DNA of 64,000 nucleotides from Bacteroidales bacterium (GTDB lineage Bacteria > Bacteroidota > Bacteroidia > Bacteroidales > JAADJA01): assembly GCA_020052415.1 (NCBI GenBank), contig JAGVPB010000038.1:3693-67692 (forward strand), in the 5' to 3' direction. The notes beneath the pieces are model-generated. The model made no database searches. It had not been told where the DNA came from and worked only from the letters and a program-made list of their open reading frames with translations. Shown here piece after piece: positions 29,771 to 39,281 of the stretch. Both the position numbers and the translations under genes were made by a program. Every line of letters starts with the position of its first letter. Positions within the stretch are counted from its first letter, which is position 1.

Positions 29771-29869
29771 TCAGGCGAACAGGAGTAATAGAAGCAAGCC
29801 TAAAAATTGTGAGTAAAATAATATTTTCATGATGAATGCTTCATCTTTTTCAAATTGTTTTGTTTCCAT
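29771..29869 (-). CDS. Unannotated 32-aa small hydrophobic-tail peptide
   Basis: It is not in the ORF track because it is under 60 aa. My translation is METKQFEKDEAFIMKILFYSQFLGLLLLLLFA. The ATG is 37 nt downstream of module copy C and a hairpin follows the stop. Confidence 0.5.
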   Translation of the reverse strand: METKQFEKDEAFIMKILFYSQFLGLLLLLLFA

Positions 29870-29905
29870 TGTTTTTAAATTACCAATTAATAAAATAATA
29901 GGATA

Positions 29906-29974
29906 TAAAGGTGATTCTATTTATTCCGGAAAGTATTACACAATTTAAGATAAGAGTTACATGATTCACACTTT
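29906..29974 (-). promoter_or_regulatory. Stress-island promoter/operator module, copy C
   Basis: TAAAGG at 29906, ATTACACAATT at 29935, GTTACATGATTCACACTTT at 29956-29974. Confidence 0.65.
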
Positions 29975-30008
29975 ATGAATTGAAAACCAGGGAGTGAAAG
30001 CAAGGTAT

Positions 30009-31850
30009 TTACTGATATCCTACAGGTGCAGGTTTTCCAATTACAAAATCCCTGAATCCGAAATCGGTTGTTTTAAATGAATTGACTTTGAAAATATCCT
30101 GCCCTATCCCTGGTATTATGGGATAAAATGCAATGGATATTTCAAAGGTGTTCACTATAAGGTAATCATTTTTAATTAAAACACCCAACCCTATTTGCGA
30201 ATATATCGTGCTGTTATTAAAACCTGTTCCTGCATCGCCTACCATGCCTAATGAGCAAACAAGGTAGGGACCAAAACGGAATCCGATAAAATTCCACGGG
30301 GCGTATGATTGTGTTTGAAGCCTGAAAATCCAGCGGCTGGTACCGGTTAGCGTAGGACTATTAAAGCCATCTATTCCGTTTCCGTCGTTAAGTGTTAAAC
30401 TTTCGTAGGTTAGCCGGTTTAAACCGATATCAAACTGTGTTTTTACAAACTGCCTGAATTTCCATTTCCCGATCTCAAACAGTCCTGTAAAATAATTAAC
30501 GCCTGCTATTAAAACCCCCTTTTCAGCATGGGAATCATTAAAAATAGATCCGTATTCGAAGTTGGAAGTCAGGTATCCCCACGGAAAATAATGTCCCAAT
30601 GAAATACGGCCTCCAAAATATAATTGTCCCTGATTATTTTTTTCCAGGTAGCCTCCTGTCAGGCTGTAAATTTTTCCAATTGGCACATCTTCAGTGATTC
30701 CAAACTGAAAAATATATTTGTCCTGTACATATTTTCGTCTGGATATTCCAACGCTTGCCAGGTAAAAATTATCGTTGGAAAACACATGGAGGGTGTCAAT
30801 GAGTTCAATTGGTTTTTCGAGAAAGCGGATTCGCATAAAACGAACAGCAGAAATGAAGTTGGTTGTCCGGTCCTTTTCGGTATTACCTTTAAATATTCGA
30901 AAGGCATGGCCAGCCCAATAATCTTGTGAATTGAATTTAAATCTTTGAAGAATAATAAGTGAATCTGTTGTTTGAATGGAATCAGTGCGAAATTGCTGGG
31001 TAAAATTTACACCACCGGCCCACTTTGCAAAGGGAGAAAAAAACGGACGGTCAATAGACAAACTTTTGGTAAAATTTCCGAATTCATCATTGCCATAAAT
31101 GATGGTAGTATTAATATACGTATTGCGAATGTTGGGAATAAAGTATTTTGTATTGTAAGCATCATCTCCGGTGTTGGGATACCAGGTGTAGGCATTTTTA
31201 AATTCGTGTCCAAATCCCAGAAAATTTTTGTCGGTTAATTTTATTGTGGCCTGGGATGCAGACACTGTCACAACGGGCAAAATGCTCCAATTATCCAATT
31301 CGCGGATAAAAATATCCACCGAGTCAGAGTTTTTTGAAACGGCTTTCACGAAAAATGAAACATCCCGTACATAAGGCTGGTTACGTACCAGTCGTTCTGA
31401 TTCTTTAACTAGCAACGAATCGAAAGGTTGATTTTGACGGATAACCAATAGGTTCCGAATGGTGATCGGCTGGGATTTTATATGAAACTTATTACCGGTT
31501 CTTATAAGAAAGTTTCGCGATGAAATCATTGTATCGCCAATTGTATAGCCAAAGGGATCCATCGTTTCGATGTTTATTTGCCGGATAATTTTCCCTTCGA
31601 AAGTGCTGTATGGTTTTTGAATCAGCTTTTTATAAACTTTCTTTTTACCATCTTTCTTTTTTATAGCGGGGGCAACCGGTTTAAAAAACAGCCCATACAT
31701 AAACTTCGTGAATTTGCTCCGTTTGGAATAAGCTTCAATGTTCTCATAAAGACGGGTAGAATCTGTTTTAACAGCAGGTTGTTGCGCAAATGCAATATCA
31801 TAAGTTAAGACCGAAACAAATAAAAGTATGAAAATATTTTTGAATCCCAT
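30009..31850 (-). CDS. Large outer-membrane protein, possibly Omp85/BamA-TamA-like
   Basis: Signal peptide, a POTRA-like N-terminal segment (GKIIRQINIETMDPFG) and a long beta-rich C-terminus. The family call is uncertain. Confidence 0.45.
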   Translation of the reverse strand: MGFKNIFILLFVSVLTYDIAFAQQPAVKTDSTRLYENIEAYSKRSKFTKFMYGLFFKPVAPAIKKKDGKKKVYKKLIQKPYSTFEGKIIRQINIETMDPFGYTIGDTMISSRNFLIRTGNKFHIKSQPITIRNLLVIRQNQPFDSLLVKESERLVRNQPYVRDVSFFVKAVSKNSDSVDIFIRELDNWSILPVVTVSASQATIKLTDKNFLGFGHEFKNAYTWYPNTGDDAYNTKYFIPNIRNTYINTTIIYGNDEFGNFTKSLSIDRPFFSPFAKWAGGVNFTQQFRTDSIQTTDSLIILQRFKFNSQDYWAGHAFRIFKGNTEKDRTTNFISAVRFMRIRFLEKPIELIDTLHVFSNDNFYLASVGISRRKYVQDKYIFQFGITEDVPIGKIYSLTGGYLEKNNQGQLYFGGRISLGHYFPWGYLTSNFEYGSIFNDSHAEKGVLIAGVNYFTGLFEIGKWKFRQFVKTQFDIGLNRLTYESLTLNDGNGIDGFNSPTLTGTSRWIFRLQTQSYAPWNFIGFRFGPYLVCSLGMVGDAGTGFNNSTIYSQIGLGVLIKNDYLIVNTFEISIAFYPIIPGIGQDIFKVNSFKTTDFGFRDFVIGKPAPVGYQ

Positions 31851-31906
31851 GTGCTCTGAGCTGTATTGATTTTAACAATAGTCATTTTATAACCTTATTT
31901 ATTATT

Positions 31907-32716
31907 TCACAGGGCAGAAATGAAATTGGATATATGCTGATTAAATTCGTCGGGTTGTTCAAGATTCGATAAATGACCTGCTTTATCTATGCTGTATAAC
32001 CTTGAATTTAAAATGTTGCATTGTAAAAACTGAGCCTGATCCGGTGGCGTGATGGTATCTTCTTTTCCACACAGGATTAAGGAAGGAACTTTAATATCCT
32101 TAAGAGAAGAACACATTTCCCGGCGCTGAGCAATTGCAATTAGTGTCCCTGTAATTGTTTTCGTATCCGTTGATAGAATGACATTTTTTATTTTTTCAAC
32201 CAGGTCATTTTTATCATTCAAAGTTTCTTCACAAAAAATATTTTTGACAAAACCTTTGACAAAGTCTTCTAATCCGCCTGCCTCTATTTGCTGAATTGTA
32301 GTATAGCGCTTCTCTTTTGCCGCGTCCGAATCGGCAATACATTGGGTATCACTTAAAATGATGGCTTCAAATCTTTCCGGATAACGGCTTATAGCATTCA
32401 ATAAAATATATCCTCCCATTGACAGGCCGCAAACAATAGCTTTGTTTATCTGCAATGCATCTAAAAGATTAATTAAATCATCAGCAAATAAACTAATGCT
32501 CACTTCTTCTGTACCTGCAGTTGATTTTCCAAAGCCACGGATATCATAGGCAATAACACGGTGTGTCCTTCTGAAAAAGTCAAGTTGAGGTTGCCACATT
32601 GATTTGTCAAAAGGAAATCCGTGAATGAATAATATGGGTAAATGACCAATTCCCTGATCATCATAACTAAGGACTACCCCATTGACCTGAAATGTTTTAT
32701 CTTTTATGACTAACAT
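31907..32716 (-). CDS. Alpha/beta hydrolase
   Basis: HGFPFDKSMW, the nucleophile elbow GLSMGG, and a C-terminal GHLSNLEQP histidine region. Confidence 0.8.
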   Translation of the reverse strand: MLVIKDKTFQVNGVVLSYDDQGIGHLPILFIHGFPFDKSMWQPQLDFFRRTHRVIAYDIRGFGKSTAGTEEVSISLFADDLINLLDALQINKAIVCGLSMGGYILLNAISRYPERFEAIILSDTQCIADSDAAKEKRYTTIQQIEAGGLEDFVKGFVKNIFCEETLNDKNDLVEKIKNVILSTDTKTITGTLIAIAQRREMCSSLKDIKVPSLILCGKEDTITPPDQAQFLQCNILNSRLYSIDKAGHLSNLEQPDEFNQHISNFISAL

Positions 32717-32746
32717 AAATTATGTTTTTACCTGGTATTGAACTGA

Positions 32747-33691
32747 TTATTTCTTTTCTGTTTTATTTTCTTTATCCTTTGCTGCTGCTGTCTCTGCTTC
32801 TGCTTTTAATTTTTTATTATAATATCCTCTGAAAAATATATTGTGTTTGAGCGCTTCCATATTCTCATCCAAACCTTTTGTGCTGCTGTTCAGGTTTTGC
32901 ATGGTCTGGCTCAAATTTGTCGCAATGGTCGTATCCTGGATAATCTTTGTAAATGTTCCATTTTCATCATTTACCTTTAGCATTATTTCTTCAAGCTGTT
33001 GCGAAAACACTTCAGCATTACCTGTTGTTACTTTAAGGCTGCCCGTAATGGAAGATACATCCTGCCGGACTGCCCCCATAGTTTCATCTAATCCAATAGA
33101 TGTTTCTTTCAGATTCTCAATGGTCTCATATAGATTTTTCGCTATGGTTGAGTCATGGATTAATCTGCCAAGCGTGCCTTTACCGCTGTTTATTTTAATC
33201 ATAACCTCTGCGAGTTCCTGGGTAATGATTTCAGCATTACTTGCAGTTCCCTGTAAACTTGCCATGATGGCATCCGTCTCAATCGGCTCCACAGATGAAA
33301 TTTCCTGCCCTTCCTTTGCTGGTGCAGCATCGGAGCTACCCTGTGTGATAACCAATAGCCGGTCGCCTATAAGACCTTCTGAACCTATGGCCACGACACA
33401 GTCCGATTTGATAAACTGCTTAACATCTTTCTTAATCAGCATTTCAACCCTTACCATTGAATCATTGATAATATTGATATTGTCAACAGTGCCAACATTA
33501 ATTCCAGTGAACCGGATATTATTTCCAACCTGTAATCCGCTTACGTTATAGAATGTAGCAGTTAGCTTAAAAACAGGATTGAATAAATTTTTTTGTTTTC
33601 CGATGATAAATATGGCAATAACAAAAAGCGCTAATCCTCCTGCAACAAACAACCCTAACCGTATTTTAAATTTTTGTGTGTGCGTTTCCAT
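32747..33691 (-). CDS. mlaD: MlaD/MCE-family substrate-binding protein
   Basis: N-terminal TM, the MCE block VSGLQVGNNIRFTGINVGTVDNI, and a long helical repeat tail. Confidence 0.75.
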   Translation of the reverse strand: METHTQKFKIRLGLFVAGGLALFVIAIFIIGKQKNLFNPVFKLTATFYNVSGLQVGNNIRFTGINVGTVDNINIINDSMVRVEMLIKKDVKQFIKSDCVVAIGSEGLIGDRLLVITQGSSDAAPAKEGQEISSVEPIETDAIMASLQGTASNAEIITQELAEVMIKINSGKGTLGRLIHDSTIAKNLYETIENLKETSIGLDETMGAVRQDVSSITGSLKVTTGNAEVFSQQLEEIMLKVNDENGTFTKIIQDTTIATNLSQTMQNLNSSTKGLDENMEALKHNIFFRGYYNKKLKAEAETAAAKDKENKTEKK

Positions 33692-33734
33692 GGCTAATAG
33701 TGAACTTTTAATATTTAATTTTGAATTATTGATT

Positions 33735-34517
33735 TCATTTGAAAAAAGAATTAATTAATGGATCGGTTGATTCTTTAAATTCCTCAACTTTTCCTTCTTT
33801 GTACACCTCACCATCCTCTAACATGATAATCCTGTTTGCTGTGGTAAGGGCGCATTTAATATCATGGGTGATGATGATGGAAGAAGTTTTATACTTTTTC
33901 TGAACATCATTGATCAGGGCGCTTATTTCATCTGAAGTAACCGGGTCAAGCCCGGTAGTAGGTTCGTCGTACAGAATGATCATCGGATCCACAACAATGG
34001 TACGTGCCAGGCTTATTCGTTTTCGCATGCCACCCGAAAGTTGTGAGGGCATTTTATGCAGTGCATCAGCGAGACCGACATTTTCCAAAACTTCGTTTAT
34101 TTTTTCTTTAATCTCTTTTTCAGTACGTTTCTTTTTTACTCTTCGCAATGGAAATTCCAGGTTCTGTTTCACCGTCATGGAATCATACAATGCACCGCTT
34201 TGAAAAAGGAAACCTATTTTAAGTCTCAACTCACCCAATTCTTTTCTTTTTAACTGAGGCACATTTTTATCAAACACTTTAATTGTTCCGCCATCAGCAC
34301 TTAACAGGCCAACAATGCACTTTATTAAAACAGATTTGCCGGTGCCGGATTTACCAACCACCGCCAAATTTTCGCCTTTATAAAGATTTAGAGAAACATT
34401 CCTTAGTACCTCCTGGTTTCCAAATGCTTTCCTGAGATTATTTATTTCAATAACCGGTTCCTTGCTGTTCGAAATAACAGTGGCGTTCTTTATTGTATCT
34501 GTTTGAGTCGTGTTCAT
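33735..34517 (-). CDS. mlaF: ABC transporter ATP-binding protein (MlaF-like)
   Basis: Walker A GKSGTGKS, signature LSGGMRKR and Walker B ILYDEPTTGLD. Confidence 0.85.
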   Translation of the reverse strand: MNTTQTDTIKNATVISNSKEPVIEINNLRKAFGNQEVLRNVSLNLYKGENLAVVGKSGTGKSVLIKCIVGLLSADGGTIKVFDKNVPQLKRKELGELRLKIGFLFQSGALYDSMTVKQNLEFPLRRVKKKRTEKEIKEKINEVLENVGLADALHKMPSQLSGGMRKRISLARTIVVDPMIILYDEPTTGLDPVTSDEISALINDVQKKYKTSSIIITHDIKCALTTANRIIMLEDGEVYKEGKVEEFKESTDPLINSFFK

Positions 34518-35368
34518 GATATCAGCATATCGGTTATTTGTACTGCAATCATATCAACAATGATCACGAGGAGCGAGGCCAACACTACAGCGGAATTTGC
34601 AGCAATGCCTACGCTTTCTGTCCCGCGCCCGGCATGGTATCCTTTATAGCAACCCACTATTCCGATTACTGCCCCGAAAAAAAAGGTTTTTATGACAGCA
34701 GGAATAAAATCTATAAACTCTACAGGGCTGAATGCCTGTGAGAAAAACAGGGTAAATGTTACATCTCCTTTAATATTCGCACCCGCCCAGCTCCCTAATA
34801 TACCAAGTCCATCGGCATATAAAACCAATAACGGGATCATAAGTGTCGCGGCTAACACTCTTGTTACAACTAAAAACCGTATAGGATTGGTGGAAGATAC
34901 TTCCATGGCATCTATCTGTTCGGTCACTTTCATGGAACCTAACTCTGCTCCCATGCCAGAACCAATTTTCCCTGCGCATATCAGCGCTGTAATAACAGGG
35001 CCCATTTCCCTAATGAGAGATATTGCCACCATTCCAGGAAGCATCGTCACTGCTCCGAAATCAACTAATACCGGCCGGGATTGAATGGTAAGCACCAAAC
35101 CCATGATGGTACCTGTGATTGATATTAGCGGTAAGGATTTATATCCGATTTGAAAACACTGACGCAAAAATTCTTTAAATTCAAAATTGCGTGAAAATGT
35201 TTCCCGGAAAATCCGCATGATAAATAAAAAAACATCAGCAAACTCAGTTAAAAAATTGCTTGCTTGTTCAGTTTTTACCAAGGTCTTTTCGCTAAGCCTG
35301 CTCAATGATTGTGCAGTAGCATGCCGAACCTTCGGGATTACCTTAATGACAGGAATGAATTTTTTCAT
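34514..35368 (-). CDS. mlaE: ABC transporter permease (MlaE-like)
   Basis: Typical MlaE layout (FLRQCFQIGYKSLPLISITG..., MKVTEQIDAMEV). There is a 4-bp overlap with the ATPase gene. Confidence 0.8.
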   Translation of the reverse strand: MKKFIPVIKVIPKVRHATAQSLSRLSEKTLVKTEQASNFLTEFADVFLFIMRIFRETFSRNFEFKEFLRQCFQIGYKSLPLISITGTIMGLVLTIQSRPVLVDFGAVTMLPGMVAISLIREMGPVITALICAGKIGSGMGAELGSMKVTEQIDAMEVSSTNPIRFLVVTRVLAATLMIPLLVLYADGLGILGSWAGANIKGDVTFTLFFSQAFSPVEFIDFIPAVIKTFFFGAVIGIVGCYKGYHAGRGTESVGIAANSAVVLASLLVIIVDMIAVQITDMLIS

Positions 35369-35456
35369 GCAAAATGATTGATTTCACAATGATGAGATTT
35401 AAATATTCGCCGTTAATAAATGCTGCCGGCGGTTATCATTCAGTTTATATCCGTGA

Positions 35457-35642
35457 TTAAAGCGCTGCTATGATCCTTTGCAACTCTTCTTTTGTTTTGC
35501 CAAGCTTGATTTGAAGTCTTCCCAGCATCTCATCTTTCTTTCCCTTGAGAAACATCAGGTCATTATCAGTTAAGATGGCGAATTCCTGTAAAAGCTTACC
35601 TTTTTTCTCATTCCAGTTTCCTTTAACTTCTGTTGTGTTCAT
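35457..35642 (-). CDS. csbD: CsbD-family stress protein (61 aa)
   Basis: MNTTEVKGNWNEKKGKLLQEFAILTDNDL...GRLQIKLGKTKEE. Confidence 0.8.
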   Translation of the reverse strand: MNTTEVKGNWNEKKGKLLQEFAILTDNDLMFLKGKKDEMLGRLQIKLGKTKEELQRIIAAL

Positions 35643-35699
35643 TTTTTTGAGATTTAATTCCTGCGACTGGCAGGACAGGTGTGAAATTTTTTCACCTTA

Positions 35700-35768
35700 C
35701 AAAGGTGGGTTCATTTGTACCGGAAAGCATTACACAATTACAAAAAAGAGTTACATTATTCACACATT
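35700..35768 (-). promoter_or_regulatory. Stress-island promoter/operator module, copy D
   Basis: CAAAGG at 35700, ATTACACAATT at 35729, GTTACATTATTCACACATT at 35750-35768. It lies 58 nt upstream of the ATG at 35642. Confidence 0.7.
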
Positions 35769-35813
35769 AAAGTGTAATTTGCTGCTTCTTTGATTTAACA
35801 ACTTGTGAATTTT

Positions 35814-36119
35814 TCAGCCTTTTATTTTTTGAGTCTCATTAAGAATTAATTCTTTCATTCTTTTAACTTTGTGTGCTGTAAAGCCATGTACGCTTATTTT
35901 CCCTTCCCCGGTTGTTTCAATGCTAATGGAAGAAAATCCTATAAATGGGCAATCAATGGCAACAGAAGAAATTCTATTGTAAGGTATTGTTTTTTCTTTT
36001 CCGCTGAATAGTGCAGGATCTTTCAGGGTCACGCCAGGTTTATCTATAATAATTTTTGATCGGAAAACTCTGTTTCCGGCTGTCAGTCTTGATGTAAAGA
36101 ATGTTTCCATTTTATTCAA
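35814..36119 (-). CDS. Small bacterial PH-domain-like protein
   Basis: A 101-aa ORF. The pattern ...KEKTIPYNRISSVAIDCPFIGFSSISIETTG... resembles bPH/YdbT-type domains. The family call is of low certainty. Confidence 0.45.
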   Translation of the reverse strand: MNKMETFFTSRLTAGNRVFRSKIIIDKPGVTLKDPALFSGKEKTIPYNRISSVAIDCPFIGFSSISIETTGEGKISVHGFTAHKVKRMKELILNETQKIKG

Positions 36120-36175
36120 TATTAATTTCCTTTAAGGAAAAAGATAAATAATTTTTCCGTTAAAGCAATTACAGT

Positions 36176-36994
36176 CTAATTCGAACCTATATTACCATGG
36201 CAAATAATATTGCCTGAATTTACCGAAGTTTGATAAATATTGATATAACCATCGTACACCAGCCAATTATCATACGTGATGTCAATGCCACTATCAAGAT
36301 TTCGGATGTTAGTATAACCCTTTCCGGTGGTTCCGTCAACATTGTTCAGTGCCTTGACAACAGGCCCGCCACCAACAGTTTCAATTGACCCCAGGTTAAT
36401 TGTTGCAGGATATACCTCACCCGCAATAGTGCCTGTAAGTGTAATGGTTAACAAAGTATTTCCATTAATCCTTTTTTCAAATAGTGCTGTACCGGAAACA
36501 CCGAATGCATCTATAGTATCAAGAGTATAGGTTTTGTTGGTAGCAGTTATTACATTACCACCAATATCGCCTTGTACAAGAATCAAACCTGGTTCGTTTG
36601 CGCTTTTAAGCACTTGTATAAATCCGTCGTAAACAATCAACTGGCTATAGGTCATCGAAGTTACCTCTGTTGAACTTTTTCCGGTTGCATCAACAGGATT
36701 AAGGGTAATAACAACTGTTCCTCCTTCAATTGCCGAATTCATGCACAGTTCTGCAGGATGGGTTCCCGAAGGAGCGCCGGTCAGCTCTATATCTATGGTA
36801 GCAATAGCGCTGGTGGTCTCCGTAAAAATGGCTTTACCGGTTACTCCGAGCACATCTTTTACCTTCAGGATATAATTGGTTGTTCTGGCGGGAGTTGGGG
36901 TGGTTTCATCTTTATTACATCCGTTGCCTGCTACCAGCATAATTACCGCTGTAAGCATCGTTAGTACAGTAAATATATTTCTTGTTTTATTCAC
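36176..36994 (-). CDS. Lipoprotein with an internal two-fold duplication
   Basis: Lipobox VAGNGC. It has two ~120-aa repeats, each starting (V/A)xGV(T/S)G(K/T)A(I/L)F and ending (Q/H)G(D/N)IG(G/S)N. Confidence 0.55.
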   Translation of the reverse strand: MNKTRNIFTVLTMLTAVIMLVAGNGCNKDETTPTPARTTNYILKVKDVLGVTGKAIFTETTSAIATIDIELTGAPSGTHPAELCMNSAIEGGTVVITLNPVDATGKSSTEVTSMTYSQLIVYDGFIQVLKSANEPGLILVQGDIGGNVITATNKTYTLDTIDAFGVSGTALFEKRINGNTLLTITLTGTIAGEVYPATINLGSIETVGGGPVVKALNNVDGTTGKGYTNIRNLDSGIDITYDNWLVYDGYINIYQTSVNSGNIICHGNIGSN

Positions 36995-37055
36995 TTTATT
37001 TAATATTTATATTTTTCCGCTTCTGGCGGTACAGAAGTGAGATTATCTCACCATG

Positions 37056-37124
37056 CAAAGGTGGGTTCATTAATACCTGAATGCGTTACACAATTGCAGA
37101 AAAGATTTACATCATTCACACATT
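37056..37124 (-). promoter_or_regulatory. Stress-island promoter/operator module, copy E
   Basis: CAAAGG at 37056, GTTACACAATT at 37085, TTTACATCATTCACACATT at 37106-37124. It lies 62 nt upstream of the ATG at 36994. Confidence 0.7.
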
Positions 37125-37568
37125 GCATTTTAAAATGAACTTATTAAAAGACACTATTGCTTTTTAAATGCATTTCTTTACTTAGAAAGGATTTCTCTGT
37201 TTTGAACCTGCAAATACTTTGTTACTAGTGAGTCTTGTAAAAGTCCCATGGGTTTTGAGTAATTCTGTTTGTTATTCTTAATAGTTTAGTAAACACGCTT
37301 TCATCCGTCAAGTGCTCGACAAGTTGTCGGGTCTCACAGTTCGACGACACGAAACCATCTTGGGTTTTCGAATAAATCTTTTTCAAGCTGAGTTAATTCA
37401 AAACTTAAAGAATGAAATTTCTTCATTAAAGGTTTAGCTTGTCTTTTGAAGCTTTTCGAAACCCTAACTATTACTCTCATGAAAAAAATCGCACTGTTGC
37501 CGGTCATCATGAGGAAGGTACTTTATGAATGGCGGTGTGTAAGCAGTCCCTGTCTCGAAGGATAGTCC

Positions 37569-37790
37569 GGATTTAAGAATTAGGATTTGGGAATTAGGAT
37601 TTAGGAATTGGGAAGATAAAAGTAAAAAGATAAAAGTTCCGGGTTCAGTCTCGCCAACGGCGAGACGAGTTCTGAGTTTTGAGTCAGTCAGCTGACCTGC
37701 AAACCAGCCACGAGTAACCAGTTACCAGCTACCAACAACCAACAACCAGCTACCAGCTACCAGCAACCAGCTACCAGCCACAAGATAAAT
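37569..37790. repeat. Composite low-complexity region of degenerate heptamer arrays plus one hairpin
   Basis: GGATTTA/GGAATTA units at 37569-37614, GTCTCGCC-AACG-GCGAGAC hairpin at 37648-37667, GAGTTCT units at 37667-37690, and a CAACCAG/CTACCAG array at 37700-37790. The last is the reverse complement of the 14405-14508 array type. Confidence 0.85.
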
Positions 37791-37802
37791 ACCAACTGGA
37801 TT

Positions 37803-38414
37803 TTACTGAATACTTTTATGGTTAAGTGAAAGTTCCGCTTCCAGTGGCAATTCTTCCGGGCCTACATTGGTGAGCTCAACTTCACAGTTTATGATAACCT
37901 CTTCGCTTACCATCAATCCTCCGGCCTCTATAGCCGTGTTCCAGATAAGTCCCCAATCATTTCTGTTGATTTTGCCTGTAAGTGTAAATCCGGCTTTTTC
38001 ATTTCCCCAGGGGTCGCGGATAATTCCGCCGAACTGTACATCAAGCCTTATGTTATGTGTGACACCTTTCATTGTCAATTCTCCATAAAGTTCACGGTCG
38101 CCATTCTTTCCCCCATTCCCGATGGTTTTCGAAGCAAATCCGATTTGCTTGTGGTTTTTTACATCAAAAAAATCAGCGCTTCTTAAATGCTCATCACGCT
38201 TGTCATCTCCTGTATTTATAGAAGAAGCGTCAATCCACACATTGATGTCAGCAGTTGTGAAATCATTGCCTGTTGTAAATATATTTGCATTAAATGAAGT
38301 AAATACACCTTTTACATAAGCGATCATCAAATGCCTTACTTTAAACTCAATTTCACTGTGAACCGGGTCAATTGACCATTTTGTTCTTGTGGTAATTTCA
38401 GCAGGTTCCATCAT
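37803..38414 (-). CDS. yceI: YceI-family protein
   Basis: WSIDPVHSEIEFKVRHLMIAYVKGVF and the lipocalin-like length (203 aa). Confidence 0.8.
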   Translation of the reverse strand: MMEPAEITTRTKWSIDPVHSEIEFKVRHLMIAYVKGVFTSFNANIFTTGNDFTTADINVWIDASSINTGDDKRDEHLRSADFFDVKNHKQIGFASKTIGNGGKNGDRELYGELTMKGVTHNIRLDVQFGGIIRDPWGNEKAGFTLTGKINRNDWGLIWNTAIEAGGLMVSEEVIINCEVELTNVGPEELPLEAELSLNHKSIQ

Positions 38415-38458
38415 ATATTTTTATTTATAGTTTTCCTAAGATTCAATAAAATAAGGCA

Positions 38459-38526
38459 CAAAGGTGAGTACTTAAATTGCTGAAAGTATTACACAATTCC
38501 TGAAAAGAGTTACATCATTCACACAT
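38459..38526 (-). promoter_or_regulatory. Stress-island promoter/operator module, copy F
   Basis: CAAAGG at 38459, ATTACACAATT at 38488, GTTACATCATTCACACAT at 38509-38526. It lies 45 nt upstream of the ATG at 38414. Confidence 0.7.
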
Positions 38527-38532
38527 CAGGTA

Positions 38533-38910
38533 TTATTTGAAATATGCCCTGACAAAAGCATGCATTTGTGTTTCAGTCATTTTATCTGTATCCTTTATTT
38601 CGATATTTATGTTTTCAAAAAGATGGTCACCACTTAACAGGTTTAATAATTCGCTCTTGGCGCTTGTGGGTCCAAACAGAATTACCTTTTGATATTCTCT
38701 GATGGCATCGGCTATTTTTTTGTAATAGCCCGATTGCTCATGCTGTTCTTTGTTGTGCATAAGACTTTCGCTCTTGTGCAAACCCTCAACTTTATCCTGA
38801 TGTGTAAATCCGGATACTACATTGTTTGTAACGATGGTATCATTCTTTAATTCCATTAAATAAGCATTTGAATGATCCATCCAAATACCCAGGTGTTTGT
38901 TATTTTTCAT
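38533..38910 (-). CDS. Hypothetical 125-aa protein (possibly host-attachment/baeRF-like fold)
   Basis: It is the last gene of the cbpA-cbpM unit. The C-terminal pattern VILFGPTSAKSELLNLL...IEIKDTDKMTETQ recalls host-attachment/eRF1-like proteins. This is a weak call. Confidence 0.35.
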   Translation of the reverse strand: MKNNKHLGIWMDHSNAYLMELKNDTIVTNNVVSGFTHQDKVEGLHKSESLMHNKEQHEQSGYYKKIADAIREYQKVILFGPTSAKSELLNLLSGDHLFENINIEIKDTDKMTETQMHAFVRAYFK

Positions 38911-38964
38911 TATTATGATTTTAAATTTTCTATTTCTAAATCTGAAACATATAATATTAATTAT

Positions 38965-39264
38965 TTACCAATCCGATTCAAAAAAACGAAGCCTGTTTTT
39001 GAGTGAAATAATTTCATCCTGCAAGGATTTTATCCGCCCTAACAAATGATTAATGGTTTCAATACCTGCAAGGTTAATCTCCAGTTCGTAATATAACCTG
39101 ATAAACTTCTCTAATTGCTGAAGCTGGCCTGCTTCAATAAAATTAGTTTCTTTTACAGTAGTAATTTCAATCAACCCGGTTTGCTGCAGGGAACTGATAA
39201 ATGATATCTCAATATTCTGTTTGGCACAGAACTCATCTAAAGCTATTAAATATTCGGTTTGCAT
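38965..39264 (-). CDS. cbpM: Chaperone modulator CbpM-like (MerR-type HTH)
   Basis: A 99-aa protein downstream of a CbpA-type J-protein, with the pattern LDEFCAKQNIEISFISSLQQTGLIE. Confidence 0.65.
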   Translation of the reverse strand: MQTEYLIALDEFCAKQNIEISFISSLQQTGLIEITTVKETNFIEAGQLQQLEKFIRLYYELEINLAGIETINHLLGRIKSLQDEIISLKNRLRFFESDW

Positions 39265-39281
39265 AGTTAATTAATTAAATA

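Noticed and set aside
32841-33551. 236-aa ORF antisense to the MlaD gene
   Set aside because: The minus-strand frame encodes a recognisable MCE/MlaD protein in an operon with MlaE/MlaF. The plus-strand translation is Ser/Ile/Phe-rich low complexity, typical of an antisense shadow ORF.
35691-35709. Hairpin overlapping the -7 box (CACCTT-ACA-AAGGTG in copy D, with similar short pairings in copies E and L) as a conserved riboregulatory or attenuator element
   Set aside because: It is present in only 2-3 of 14 copies, the stems are 4-6 bp, and it is not conserved in position, so it is probably coincidental.
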